Below, piece by piece: positions 17,953-27,885 of a stretch of 64,000 nt of DNA. Both the position numbers and the translations under genes were made by a program. Every line of letters starts with the position of its first letter. The first letter of the stretch is position 1. The notes under the pieces were generated by a model. The model made no database searches. It saw only the letters and a list, made by a program, of their open reading frames with translations, and was not told the origin of the DNA. The stretch lies in contig NZ_DATHOP010000154.1 of assembly GCF_035484855.1 (NCBI RefSeq), forward strand, positions 50,110 to 114,109. The letters are read 5' to 3'. The DNA comes from Bradyrhizobium sp. GTDB lineage: Bacteria > Pseudomonadota > Alphaproteobacteria > Rhizobiales > Xanthobacteraceae.

Positions 17953-18249
17953 ATGAGGATTATCTGCGCCGCGGCTGTCATCGCGATACTGGCAGGCCCG
18001 GCCTATGGCCAAAGCAAGGTGCCTACAACCCTGGAAGAAATGATGGGCTCGCGAAAGACGCCCGATCAGATCGAGAAGGAACAGGCCGCCGACAAGGCCT
18101 ACAAGGAATCACTCAAGAAGATACCGGACGCTAAACCAGCCGATCCCTGGGGCAATGCGCGCGGCGCGGACGCACCGAAGACCGTGGCAAAGGCGCCTGC
18201 GGCGAAGAAGCCAGCGGCGAAAACCGGCAGCGCGGCGGCGCAGCAATAG
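17953..18249 (+). CDS. Small secreted hypothetical protein
   Basis: Signal peptide; ADKAYKESLKKIPD...DPWGNAR. Confidence 0.8.
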   Translation: MRIICAAAVIAILAGPAYGQSKVPTTLEEMMGSRKTPDQIEKEQAADKAYKESLKKIPDAKPADPWGNARGADAPKTVAKAPAAKKPAAKTGSAAAQQ

Positions 18250-18268
18250 CACGGGCGCCCTGCCCGTG

Positions 18269-18973
18269 TCAGAGGTAGCCGAGAAGCGGGTCTGACGTAT
18301 CGCGTGCCTGCCAGCGATCGATCCACACCACCTCGGACAATGGCATCCGCGGCAGCCAGCCCGCGGTTTCCAGCTCCGGCTTCTGATAAAAATGCGCGAC
18401 ATAGCCGACACAGAGATAGGCGATGATCTGGATCGACGGCGGGATGCCCAGCGCGCTGCGCAAATCATCCGGCCTGATGATGCTGACCCAGCCGACGCCG
18501 ATATTTTCCACCCGCGCGGCGAGCCAGAGGTTTTGCACCGCGCAGACCGCGCTGTAGAGATCCATCTCGGCCTGATGGGTCCGCCCGAGCACGACCGGTC
18601 CGGTGCGGCTGCGGTCGCAGGTGATGCAGATCCCGACCGGCGCCTCGACGATGCCTTCCAGCTTGAGCCGGCGATAGGTTTTCTGTTTCTCGTCCTCGAA
18701 CATGCCGGCGGCTTCCAGGTTCGCCGTCTCAAAGGCATCCCGCACCCTCTGCTTCACCGCGGCGTCTCTCACGACGATGAAATCCCAGGGCTGCATGAAG
18801 CCGACCGAGGGTGCGTGGTGAGCGGCATTGAGAATGCGCGCCAGCACGGCATCGGGAACCGGGTCCGGCAGAAATTGTCCGCGCACGTCGCGGCGGTTGA
18901 AGATGCATTTGTAGACCGCGTCACGCTCGCCGGCGGAAAACCCGGAATCGGTCTGAATGGTGTTGGGTTCCAT
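18269..18973 (-). CDS. bluB: 5,6-dimethylbenzimidazole synthase
   Basis: RRDVR, APSVGFMQPWDF, LKLEGI, SAVCAVQNLWLAAR..IGVGWVSI. Confidence 0.95.
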   Translation of the reverse strand: MEPNTIQTDSGFSAGERDAVYKCIFNRRDVRGQFLPDPVPDAVLARILNAAHHAPSVGFMQPWDFIVVRDAAVKQRVRDAFETANLEAAGMFEDEKQKTYRRLKLEGIVEAPVGICITCDRSRTGPVVLGRTHQAEMDLYSAVCAVQNLWLAARVENIGVGWVSIIRPDDLRSALGIPPSIQIIAYLCVGYVAHFYQKPELETAGWLPRMPLSEVVWIDRWQARDTSDPLLGYL

Positions 18974-19001
18974 CGTCTTCACTTTCGTAGGCCCCGCGGG
19001 T

Positions 19002-19760
19002 TCATGATGGCCCGGCCTTGCGCAGCAAATAGGTGTCCATGATCCAGCCGTGCTTTTCGCGCGCGTCCCGGCGCACGGTTTTGATCTCTTCGCCGACATC
19101 GGCGAGCTTGCCCGACAGCAGGATTTCGTCTTCGGTGCCGAGATAGGCGCCCCAGAAAATCTCCAGATCCGGTTCGCTCAGGCCTGCAAAGGCCTGCGCG
19201 CCGTCGAGCAATACCACCACGCTGCCTGCTCCGCTGGGAAAACCATCGGCGAGCTTGCGCCCGGTGGTCAACAGCACGCTTTCGCCGATCTCGTTGAGGG
19301 CGATGCGGTGCCTTGCCGCCAGCACCTGTATGCTGCTGATCCCGGGGATGACCTCGATCTCCAGCGCGAGCCCTTTGGCGCGTACCCGTTCGATGATCCG
19401 CAGCGTGCTGTCGTAGATCGCAGGATCGCCCCACACCAGAATGCCGCCGATTTCGTCGTCCGCAAGCTCCTGCTCGAACAGCCGGCTATAGATGGCGGCG
19501 AGGCGGCCGTGCCATTCGTCGACGCCGGCGAGATAGTCGCCTCCGGCTGCGCGCTGCGGGATATCGACGTCGATCATCCGGTAACAGGTATTTTCGATGA
19601 AGCGCCGGCATATCCCGGTGCGCAAATCGCGCAACGCAGCCTTCTCGCTCCCCTTGTCGGGAATGAAGAAGACGTCGACCTGGTTCAGCGCCTTGATCGC
19701 CTGGATCGTCATCTGATCGGGATCGCCGACGCCGATGCCGATCACGAATATCTTTCGCAT
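19002..19760 (-). CDS. cobF: Precorrin-6A synthase (deacetylating)
   Basis: IGIGVGDP, LVWGDPAIYDST, WGAYLG, GWIMDTYLL. Confidence 0.93.
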   Translation of the reverse strand: MRKIFVIGIGVGDPDQMTIQAIKALNQVDVFFIPDKGSEKAALRDLRTGICRRFIENTCYRMIDVDIPQRAAGGDYLAGVDEWHGRLAAIYSRLFEQELADDEIGGILVWGDPAIYDSTLRIIERVRAKGLALEIEVIPGISSIQVLAARHRIALNEIGESVLLTTGRKLADGFPSGAGSVVVLLDGAQAFAGLSEPDLEIFWGAYLGTEDEILLSGKLADVGEEIKTVRRDAREKHGWIMDTYLLRKAGPS

Positions 19761-19795
19761 CCGTCCCTCCGGACTCTGTTGCATCCACGCGGCGT

Positions 19796-20359
19796 TCAAG
19801 TGTTGACGCAGATCACGCGCCAGCCGCCCGCCAGCCGGTCGATCCGGGTCAACGATAGCGGATCGATGACGCAACGCAGCGCCTGTTCCGGCGCCATTTC
19901 CAGCGCAATCGCAAGGGCGGCCCGCACGGTTCCGGAATGCACGACCAGCACGACGTCGCCCGGAGGCAGCATCGAAAACCCATCGCGGACGCGGACGACC
20001 TGGTCTGCAAAACTTTCGCCGCCGGGCGGCCTGCCGTTCGCCGGGGCGCGCCAGAACTCATGATAGGTCGCGCCAAGTTCGCGCGCGAGATCGTCATGAC
20101 GGCGTCCGGTCCACTCGCCAAAATCCTGCTCGCTGAAGTTTGGCTCGGGTTTTGGCCGCAGTCCCAGCGCCGCCGCCGTCTCAAGGGTCCGCCGGCAGGG
20201 GCTGGCGAAGTGCGCTGCCTCAGCCGGCAATTTCGCCCGCAAGGCGGCGAATGCAGCGGCATCGCCGGTGTCGGCGGGCGCATCGTTACAGTGGATCACG
20301 CCTTGGGAGCCGGCGACCGGCGCATGCCGGATCAGCCACAGACGATTGACCTCGCTCAT
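19796..20359 (-). CDS. Histidine phosphatase family (probable alpha-ribazole-phosphate phosphatase)
   Basis: LIRHA, SP..RT..TA, EQDFGEW.G, PGGES, VVHSG; cob cluster context. Confidence 0.85.
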   Translation of the reverse strand: MSEVNRLWLIRHAPVAGSQGVIHCNDAPADTGDAAAFAALRAKLPAEAAHFASPCRRTLETAAALGLRPKPEPNFSEQDFGEWTGRRHDDLARELGATYHEFWRAPANGRPPGGESFADQVVRVRDGFSMLPPGDVVLVVHSGTVRAALAIALEMAPEQALRCVIDPLSLTRIDRLAGGWRVICVNT

Positions 20360-20369
20360 GGCGATGTCC

Positions 20370-21161
20370 TCACGACAGCCGGGCGGCGAGCATGACGAGT
20401 ACAGCGGTTTCCCCGATCTGCTCGGCCGCGCCGAACACGTCGCCGGTCACGCCGCCGATCTGCCGCCACGCCAGCAGGGCGATGGCCGCTGCACCCGCAG
20501 CCGTGACCGCGATCGCCAGCAATGCCGCCTTCGCCGGCAGACACAGCAATGCGATCGCGGCGGCGACGATGACCGCCGCGACGACGCTTGCCGTCTCCGG
20601 CTGTCCCGCCGATGCGCCGAGGCCGTCGTCGCGGGCGAGCGGCATGTTGGCTGCGAGCACGGGAATGGCCGCACGCGCGAGCGCGTGCGCCACCACGAGG
20701 GTAGGTACGATCGCGGCCAGGGGCAAACTCGCCAGCGCCGACAATCTTGCGGCGAAGCTGACCAGCAAGACCAGCGCACCATAGGTGCCGAGCCGGCTGT
20801 CGCGCATGATCGCAAGCTTCGCAGCCCGATCACGGCCTCCGCCAAATCCGTCGCCGACATCGGCGAGGCCATCCTCGTGCATCGCGCCAGTCAAGGCCGC
20901 GCTGGCGCCAAGCGCCAACGCCGCCGCGGCGAGTGATGGAATGCCGATCCCGAGCAAAGCGCGATCGATGAGTCCTATGCAGAGGCCGATCAGCGCGCCG
21001 ACCAGTGGGAACGCGCGTTGCGCGCGCGCCAAGCCTTGCGGCAGCGCGTCATCCGGTTGGGGCACCGGCAGGCGCGTCAACAGGCCGGCCGCGAGGCGAA
21101 GATCGTCGAGCCAGCCCTTGAAGTACGCGACCATCGCCAATTGAGTTTCGCGCTCCATCAT
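20370..21161 (-). CDS. cobS: Adenosylcobinamide-GDP ribazoletransferase (cobalamin synthase, CobS/CobV)
   Basis: LTRLP, TGAMHEDGLADVGDG, IMRDSRLGTYG, IGGVTGDVFGA. Confidence 0.93.
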   Translation of the reverse strand: MMERETQLAMVAYFKGWLDDLRLAAGLLTRLPVPQPDDALPQGLARAQRAFPLVGALIGLCIGLIDRALLGIGIPSLAAAALALGASAALTGAMHEDGLADVGDGFGGGRDRAAKLAIMRDSRLGTYGALVLLVSFAARLSALASLPLAAIVPTLVVAHALARAAIPVLAANMPLARDDGLGASAGQPETASVVAAVIVAAAIALLCLPAKAALLAIAVTAAGAAAIALLAWRQIGGVTGDVFGAAEQIGETAVLVMLAARLS

Positions 21162-21171
21162 ATCGTGCCGA

Positions 21172-21690
21172 TCATTTCAGCCGAACCCCGCAGCCCGCAA
21201 CCATCAGCCAGGCTTCCGAGGCCCGCGCCGCCGTGCGCTGGCCGAGCAGACCGAGCAGATCGCGAAACCGGCGCAATTTTCGGCCCATCGGTACTTCGCC
21301 CCAGCCAATCTCGTCGCCGACGACGACGACCGGATACGCCGCCACGCAAAACCCGTCCAGCTGGCGCTCCCACGCGGCCATCAGGTCAGCATCGTCCTGA
21401 TCGAGGCGATCAGACAGCCACAGCACGAGACTGTCGATGACCGCGCCTGACGGTGCCGGCCGCAAATCGGCGAGCCCCTGCACGATATCGGTCGGAGCTT
21501 CCAGCGTCCGCCACACCAAAGGGCGCTCGGCGCGATGGCGCCGCAGCCGCTCCACCATTTCGGCATCATCGGCGTCAGGCCGATAGGTCGCGACGAACAC
21601 CACGTGGTCGCCCCAGGCGCGTGCGATCTCGACCGCGCGGCGGCTCTTGCCGCTGCGGGTCGGTCCGGTAAGGAAAATCAGCTCAGCCAT
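21172..21690 (-). CDS. cobU: Bifunctional adenosylcobinamide kinase/guanylyltransferase (CobU/CobP)
   Basis: GPTRSGKS, EMVERLRRH...R, EIGWG, RRFRD.LG. Confidence 0.92.
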   Translation of the reverse strand: MAELIFLTGPTRSGKSRRAVEIARAWGDHVVFVATYRPDADDAEMVERLRRHRAERPLVWRTLEAPTDIVQGLADLRPAPSGAVIDSLVLWLSDRLDQDDADLMAAWERQLDGFCVAAYPVVVVGDEIGWGEVPMGRKLRRFRDLLGLLGQRTAARASEAWLMVAGCGVRLK

Positions 21691-22762
21691 GCCCGCGATC
21701 CGCTGGCTGCAACGTTCCGGCCAGCACGTCCGAAAGGTCGGCCATCTCGGTCAGGATCCCAGCCGCCGCCCGCAACAGCGGCACCGCCATCACGGCGCCG
21801 GTGCCCTCGCCGAGCCGCAGCCCGAGGTCGAGATAGGGTTTTGCGTCGAGAGCCTTGAGCAGCAAGGTGTGACCGCGCTCGGCGGAACGATGCGAAAACA
21901 CGCAATAGCCGCGCGCCGCGGGTTCCAGCCGTACCGCGACCAGCGCCGCCGCGGTTGCGATAAAACCGTCGATGATCACAGGACGGCGGCGCCGCGCACT
22001 GCCGAGCACCGCGCCCGCCATCATCGCAATTTCGTAGCCGCCGAATTCCGCCAGCACCTCCAGCGGCGACGTCGCAGCGCTGCGCGCGGCCGCTTTTTCC
22101 GCCACCGCGAGCTTGCGCGCGACGCCTGCGGCATCGAGGCCGGCGCCGGCGCCGATGCAATCGGCGAGCGGCGCCGGTGCCAGCCGGTGCATCAGCAGGG
22201 CCGCCGACGTCGTATTGCCGATGCCCATTTCGCCGATCGCCACGATGTCGGTGCCGGCATCGATCGCGGTATCAACGATCTCGGCGCCTCGCGTCAGGCA
22301 ATCGCCGACCTCCTCGGCGGTGAGCGCGGATTCGCGCATGGCGTTGCGACTGCCGCGTCGTATCTTGGCGTCGATCAATTCGGGATGCGCGGCGATCTCC
22401 GCATCGACGCCGGCATCGACCACCCACACATCCACCCCAGAGGCTCTCGCAAGCGCGTTGACGCCGGCGCGTCCGGCCAGATAAGTCGCGACCATCGCGC
22501 GGGTGACGCTCGATGGATAGAGCGAAACACCCTCCGCGGTAAGCCCGTGGTCGGCGGCGAAGACAAAGACGGCCGCACGCTCCGTGCGCGGCGGCAGCGG
22601 GTGCCAAATCAGGCCGAGCTCGACCGCAAGACCTTCCAGTCGGCCGAGCGAACCGAGCGGCTTGGCCTTGCCGTCGATGCGGGCGCGGAATTGCACTTCG
22701 AGCGATCGATCGAGCGGTTCGATCCGGCTGGCAGTCAATCCGGCTGATGCTTTGGCTTGCAT
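21683..22762 (-). CDS. cobT: Nicotinate-nucleotide:DMB phosphoribosyltransferase
   Basis: KPLGSLGRLE, FAADHG, GEMGIGNTT, GGYEI, IDGFI, LRLGEGTGA. Confidence 0.93.
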   Translation of the reverse strand: MQAKASAGLTASRIEPLDRSLEVQFRARIDGKAKPLGSLGRLEGLAVELGLIWHPLPPRTERAAVFVFAADHGLTAEGVSLYPSSVTRAMVATYLAGRAGVNALARASGVDVWVVDAGVDAEIAAHPELIDAKIRRGSRNAMRESALTAEEVGDCLTRGAEIVDTAIDAGTDIVAIGEMGIGNTTSAALLMHRLAPAPLADCIGAGAGLDAAGVARKLAVAEKAAARSAATSPLEVLAEFGGYEIAMMAGAVLGSARRRRPVIIDGFIATAAALVAVRLEPAARGYCVFSHRSAERGHTLLLKALDAKPYLDLGLRLGEGTGAVMAVPLLRAAAGILTEMADLSDVLAGTLQPADRGHG

Positions 22763-23009
22763 TTGGCTTGGCTCAACAAAGAAGGACGAAACAGCACGCG
22801 CCGACGCCGTGGCGTCGGTCCTGCAGATTGCGGACGACGCTATGGCGATGCACGCTCCCACGCAAGCGCAGACGGATGGCCAATCGTCGGGCATGCCCAG
22901 CCGGCTCGCACGGTTGACAATGCGCTTGCCCCCTTCCTATTGAGTCCGGCGATTTGGTTGCAGTGAAGAGGGGACGTGGGTTGCGGAACCTGAATTGCCG
23001 AATGCGATC

Positions 23010-24449
23010 ATGAGCGAAGCGATCACCTCGCCGACGCTCGACGTGCTGGTGGTCGGCGGCGGCAGCGCCGCGCTGTGCGCCGCAATCGCCGCGCGGCGCA
23101 ACGGCGCCTCGGTTCGGATGATCGAATCGGCGCCGGCCGCGCTGCGCGGCGGCAATAGCCGTCACGCGCGGAATTTCCGCCTGATGCACGATCGTCCCGA
23201 ATGGTACGTGCCCGACAGCTATGGCGAGGACGCCTTCTTCAGGGATCTGCAGCGCGTCACAAAGAGCGCAACCGACGAGCGGCTGGCGCGCATGCTGATC
23301 CGCGGCTCCGCCACGATAGCACAATGGCTCGGCGACAACGGCGTACGCCTGCAGGATCCGACCAGCGGCCTGATGAGCTACTCGCGGCGCACGGCCTTCT
23401 TCCTCGGCGGCGGCAAGGCCATGATCAACGCGCTCTATGCCACCGCGGCGAAACTCGGCGTGACGATGGGCTATGACAGCGAACTGACAAAACTTGCGTA
23501 CGGCGCTGATCGCAATTGCGAAGCCGCGATCGCGCATGGTGGCGGCATCGAACGCGTCGTGGCAAAGACGATCGTGCTGTGCTCCGGCGGTCACCAAGCC
23601 AATCTCGACTGGCTGCGCGAAAGTTTTGGCGCCGCCGCCGACGGTTTTATGGTTCGCGGAACGCCCTATGACACGGGTTCGGTCTTGCGCCTGTTGCTCG
23701 ATGCCGGCGCAAAACCGGTCGGCGACCCCGCGCGCTGTCACATGGTGGCGGTCGACGCCAGGGGGCCGAAATTCGACGGCGGCATCGTCACCCGCATCAC
23801 CGCGATCCCCTACGGCATCGTCGTCGACCGACATAGTCGGCGATTTCACGACGAGGGCGAGGACGCCCGCAAGACGCATTTTGCCAGGTGGGGCGCGCGC
23901 ATCGCCGGCTGTCCGGGACAAATCGCTTACCTGATCCTGGATGCGAAAGGGTTTGGCCGTGCTCTGCCGACAGCATTGCCGCCGATCCGGGCCGACACCG
24001 TCGCCGCGCTTGCAACCATGCTCGGGCTCGATCCGATGGCGCTGGAAACGACGATTGGGGATTTCAATGCCGCCGCTGGTGCTGTCGGGGATCTGCCACC
24101 GAACGAGCGTCGTACCACCGGGCTGACCCCGCCGAAATCGCGCGGCGCGGTCCCGCTCAGCGAGCCGCCGTTCGCCGCCTATCCCTTGCGGCCGGGCATC
24201 ACATTCACGCATTTCGGCGTCGCGGTCGACGAACATCTGCGCGTGGTCGGCAACGACGGCAGGCCCGCGCCAAGCGTATTCGCAGCCGGCATGATCATGG
24301 CGGCGAATGTGCTTGGAGAGGGCTATCTCGCGGGCCTCGGCGTCACGCTCTCGGCCGTGTTCGGGCGCATCGCCGGCGAGGAGGCCGCGCGGCAGGCTGC
24401 CTCAAACCGCAGCCAGGCGGCCGCATCCGCCGGCAGTCCGAAACGGTAG
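23010..24449 (+). CDS. FAD-dependent TcuA / CobZ N-terminal-like oxidoreductase
   Basis: DVLVVGGGSAALCAA, RGGNSRH.RN, RTAFFLGGGKA, VDARGPKFDGGIVTR, RPGITFT; within cob cluster. Confidence 0.85.
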   Translation: MSEAITSPTLDVLVVGGGSAALCAAIAARRNGASVRMIESAPAALRGGNSRHARNFRLMHDRPEWYVPDSYGEDAFFRDLQRVTKSATDERLARMLIRGSATIAQWLGDNGVRLQDPTSGLMSYSRRTAFFLGGGKAMINALYATAAKLGVTMGYDSELTKLAYGADRNCEAAIAHGGGIERVVAKTIVLCSGGHQANLDWLRESFGAAADGFMVRGTPYDTGSVLRLLLDAGAKPVGDPARCHMVAVDARGPKFDGGIVTRITAIPYGIVVDRHSRRFHDEGEDARKTHFARWGARIAGCPGQIAYLILDAKGFGRALPTALPPIRADTVAALATMLGLDPMALETTIGDFNAAAGAVGDLPPNERRTTGLTPPKSRGAVPLSEPPFAAYPLRPGITFTHFGVAVDEHLRVVGNDGRPAPSVFAAGMIMAANVLGEGYLAGLGVTLSAVFGRIAGEEAARQAASNRSQAAASAGSPKR

Positions 24450-25387
24450 TGCCGCGGTGCCGCGGCAAAGCCCCGGATCAAAATCCCGGCACGGGCGAAA
24501 TGGTCGAGCAGATCAATGCCGTTGGCGCTCTCGAACATAGCGAACAGATCGGTGCCGCCGAGCAGCCGGCATCCCGCATCCATGAGGATGCGGTCGAGCC
24601 GCCTTCGATCGGCCGCTAGGCGCGTCCGCGTCGCGGCGATCCATGCCGCATCCTGCAGCGCCAAGGTTGCGATCTCGCAGGCAGGACCCGACACCGGCCA
24701 GTCGCCGAGCAAACGGCGCCAGGCCGACGCCTCGGGCTCGCAGGCGATCACGAAGCCGACGCGCAGGCCGGCGAGACCGAAAAACTTGCCGAGCGAGCGC
24801 AGCACCACGACGCCAACAGGCAGTTCCGGCAGCGCCAGCAACGACAGATCGGGCCGCACGTCCGCAAAGGCTTCATCGACAATCAACCGCCGTCCGCTCG
24901 CCGTCCAGGCTCGTGCGAAAGAAGCCAGATCGGTGCGCGCAATCGCGCGGCCATCCGGATTGTTGGGATTGACCACGACCAGCGTCTGAAGGTCGCTGAT
25001 TTCAGGGTCCGGCAGCGCGGCAAGCTCATGCACCTCGGCGCCCGCATCGTGCCAGGTCGCCGCGTGCGAACCGTAGGTCGGGGCGAGAATACCGACACGG
25101 CGATGGCCGGCCATGCGCGGCATCAGGCGGATCGCAAGCTCGGTTCCGGACACCGGCACGATCGCGGCATTCGATGGACATGAGTAGGCAGCCGCGGCCG
25201 CGTCAGTCATGGCAGCTATTTCGCTCGCCAAAGGCAAGCGCTGATAGCGCGCGAGCGGGATTGGCGGCACCGGCCAGGCGACGGGATTGATCCCGGTCGA
25301 CAGGTCGATCCACGGCTGGGGCGTTTTCGGATAGAGCTGCGCCGCGGTATCGATTCGGCCGCCGTGAATGCGCAAGCCCGCTGCCAT
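24323..25387 (-). CDS. Threonine-phosphate decarboxylase (CobC in P. denitrificans naming, CobD in Salmonella naming)
   Basis: HGG, WIDLSTGINP, VVNPNNPDG, VDEAF.D, LRSLGKFFGLAGLRVG (PLP lysine). Confidence 0.92.
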   Translation of the reverse strand: MAAGLRIHGGRIDTAAQLYPKTPQPWIDLSTGINPVAWPVPPIPLARYQRLPLASEIAAMTDAAAAAYSCPSNAAIVPVSGTELAIRLMPRMAGHRRVGILAPTYGSHAATWHDAGAEVHELAALPDPEISDLQTLVVVNPNNPDGRAIARTDLASFARAWTASGRRLIVDEAFADVRPDLSLLALPELPVGVVVLRSLGKFFGLAGLRVGFVIACEPEASAWRRLLGDWPVSGPACEIATLALQDAAWIAATRTRLAADRRRLDRILMDAGCRLLGGTDLFAMFESANGIDLLDHFARAGILIRGFAAAPRHYRFGLPADAAAWLRFEAACRAASSPAMRPNTAESVTPRPAR

Positions 25388-25412
25388 CTTCCCGATCTCG
25401 TCCTGCGAGTGC

Positions 25413-26402
25413 ATGCTGCCATCCATGTTCGATCCGTCCGGCCGCGTCCTGATCCTGATCCTCGCCTTCGGCATCGAAGCCGTGCTGGCCTATCCCGAGG
25501 CGGCATTTCGCGCAATCGGTCATCCGGTGTCGTGGATCGGCGCGCTGATCGCCGCACTCGATTCCGGGCTCAACAAGCCGGTGTATTCCCCTGCCCTGCG
25601 CCGCGTCGGCGGCGTGGCGACCGTGCTGCTGCTGCTCGCCGGCAGCGTCGCGACCGGCGTTGCGCTCGAAAAGGTCGCGCGCGCTATTCCGTATCTCGGA
25701 TCAGCGATTCCCATTCTGGCCGCAGCCGCGCTGATCGCCTTCGGTAATCTCGACCGGCATGTCCGCGCGGTCGCAACCGCCCTCCGAACGGACGGTTTGG
25801 ACGGCGGACGGCGCAGCGTCGCCAAAATCGTCGGCCGCGATCCTGATACGCTTGATGAGCCCGCGATCTGCCGCGCCGCGATCGAGAGCCTTGCGGAGAA
25901 CGCCTCCGACGGCGTGACCGCGCCGGCGCTGTGGTATCTCGCCGGCGGTTTGCCCGGCATGATCGCCTACAAGGCGATCAACACGGCCGACAGCATGATC
26001 GGTCATCTCTCCGAGCGCCACCGCGCCTTTGGCTGGGCGGCGGCAAGGCTCGACGACCTCGTCAACCTGCCGGCGTCGCGGCTGACCGGGCTGATGTTCA
26101 TCGCCGCCGCGGCAATGGTGCCGGGCGCCTCGGCATCGTCGGCATGGCGGGCCTATTGGCGCGACGCGCGGCTGCATCGCTCGCCCAATGCCGGCTGGCC
26201 GGAAGCGGCAATGGCCGGCGCGCTCGGCCTGCGGCTGGCTGGCCCGCGCGTCTATGACGGCATCGTGGTCGACGACCACTGGATGGGCGACGGCCGAGCG
26301 GAGGCGACGGCTACGGATATCGATCGGGCGCTGGTGATCTACCGCACAGCCTTCACCGGGACGCTATTGATCGTCGCCGCGATCGGCTTCTTGATCGCCT
26401 GA
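25413..26402 (+). CDS. cbiB: Adenosylcobinamide-phosphate synthase
   Basis: HPV.WIG, IVGRD, ESLAENASDG, YKAINTADSMIG, FGWAAARLDD, SPNAGWPE. Confidence 0.94.
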   Translation: MLPSMFDPSGRVLILILAFGIEAVLAYPEAAFRAIGHPVSWIGALIAALDSGLNKPVYSPALRRVGGVATVLLLLAGSVATGVALEKVARAIPYLGSAIPILAAAALIAFGNLDRHVRAVATALRTDGLDGGRRSVAKIVGRDPDTLDEPAICRAAIESLAENASDGVTAPALWYLAGGLPGMIAYKAINTADSMIGHLSERHRAFGWAAARLDDLVNLPASRLTGLMFIAAAAMVPGASASSAWRAYWRDARLHRSPNAGWPEAAMAGALGLRLAGPRVYDGIVVDDHWMGDGRAEATATDIDRALVIYRTAFTGTLLIVAAIGFLIA

Positions 26403-26412
26403 ACGCAAGCAA

Positions 26413-27885
26413 TCAGCGCGCGAGGCTGAGCAGTTTGTCGATATCGAGATGCTCAGCGAGATGGGCGGCCAGCGCATCGAGGGTTTGCTCGACCAGTTCC
26501 TCATAGGCGAGCGAACTTTTGGGCGCGCCGAGCCGGGCGAGCCAGGCCGCGCGCTGCGCATCGCCGGCGAAGAACCCGTGCAGATACGCGCCGGCGATGC
26601 GGCCATCGACCGAGACCGCGCCATCAGGTCGGCCGTCATCGAGCCGCAGCAGCGGGCGCTCTGCGCCGGCGCCGGTGGTCCGACCCATATGCATTTCATA
26701 ACCGGTCACCGCGACATTGTCGGTGACGGTGTGGCCCTTGACCGCGACCAGCGACTTGTCGCCGGTGAGGTCCGTGGAAACCTCGAGCAGGCCCAGTCCA
26801 TCGGCCGACCCCGGCGGCCCCTCGATGCCTTGGGGATCAGCGATGCTTTGGCCGAGCATCTGATAACCGCCGCACAATCCCAGCACGCGCCCGCCGCGGC
26901 GGGCGTATGCGATGATGTCCGCGTCCCAGCCGCAGGCGCGCAGCGCCGCCAGATCGGCAATCGTCGCCTTCGAGCCGGGCAGGATGATGAGATCGGTGTC
27001 AACAGGAAGCGCCGCGCCATTGCGCAACAGCACCAGATCGACGCCTAGCTCCAGCCGCAGCGGATCAAGATCGTCGAAATTGGCGATGTGTGGCAGCACC
27101 GGCACGACGATGCGGACGCGACGCCCGGCGGTATCGGGCACGGGCGCCGGCCCGGCTCCAAGCCCAACAACATCCTCGGCCGGCAGCCGATGCGCGTCGC
27201 GAAAATGCGGCACCAGCCCGAGCGGCGCCCAGCCAGTGCGCTCGGCCACGAACGTCATGCCCGTTGCAAACAAGGTGGGATCGCCGCGCATCTTGTTGAC
27301 AATAAAGCCCACGATCAGTTTGCCGTCCTCGGGATCAATCACCGCCTGGGTGCCGCACAGGCTTGCGATCACCCCGCCGCGGTCGATGTCGCCGATCAGC
27401 ACCACCGGTGCGTCGGCGGCGCGCGCAAACCCCATATTGGCGATGTCGTTGGCGCGCAGATTGACCTCCGACGCCGAGCCCGCGCCCTCGACCAGCACGA
27501 TGTCGCATTGCGCGCGAATTCTTGCAAAACTATTGAGCACGTAGGGCATCAGCTCCGCCTTGCGGGACTGATATTCGCGCGCGCGGGCGTTGCCGAACAC
27601 GCGTCCCTGCACCACGATCTGCGAACCAACATCGCTTTGCGGCTTCAGCAGCACCGGATTCATGTCGACCGATGGCGCAACCCGCGCGGCGCGCGCCTGC
27701 AACGCCTGGGCGCGGCCGATCTCGCCGCCGTCCTCGGTGACGGCCGCGTTGTTCGACATGTTCTGCGGCTTGAAGGGACGCACGGCGAGGCCGCGACTGG
27801 TCAGCAGGCGGCACAAGCCCGCGACGATCAGCGATTTGCCGACGTCGGAGCCGGTGCCCTGGAACATGAGCCTCCGCGCGGTCAT
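26413..27885 (-). CDS. cobQ: Cobyric acid synthase
   Basis: [45 protein letters not shown]. Confidence 0.96.
   Translation of the reverse strand: MTARRLMFQGTGSDVGKSLIVAGLCRLLTSRGLAVRPFKPQNMSNNAAVTEDGGEIGRAQALQARAARVAPSVDMNPVLLKPQSDVGSQIVVQGRVFGNARAREYQSRKAELMPYVLNSFARIRAQCDIVLVEGAGSASEVNLRANDIANMGFARAADAPVVLIGDIDRGGVIASLCGTQAVIDPEDGKLIVGFIVNKMRGDPTLFATGMTFVAERTGWAPLGLVPHFRDAHRLPAEDVVGLGAGPAPVPDTAGRRVRIVVPVLPHIANFDDLDPLRLELGVDLVLLRNGAALPVDTDLIILPGSKATIADLAALRACGWDADIIAYARRGGRVLGLCGGYQMLGQSIADPQGIEGPPGSADGLGLLEVSTDLTGDKSLVAVKGHTVTDNVAVTGYEMHMGRTTGAGAERPLLRLDDGRPDGAVSVDGRIAGAYLHGFFAGDAQRAAWLARLGAPKSSLAYEELVEQTLDALAAHLAEHLDIDKLLSLAR

Noticed and set aside
22740-22800. Hammerhead-like CTGATG...GGACGAAAC
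   Set aside because: Core is CTGATGC rather than CTGANGA, stem II is missing, and it overlaps the cobT start
22945-22990. Possible second B12 riboswitch (TGAAGAGGGGA) upstream of the TcuA/CobZ-like gene
   Set aside because: No GCCCCCGCAACTGT, GCCACTG or B12 box; too short
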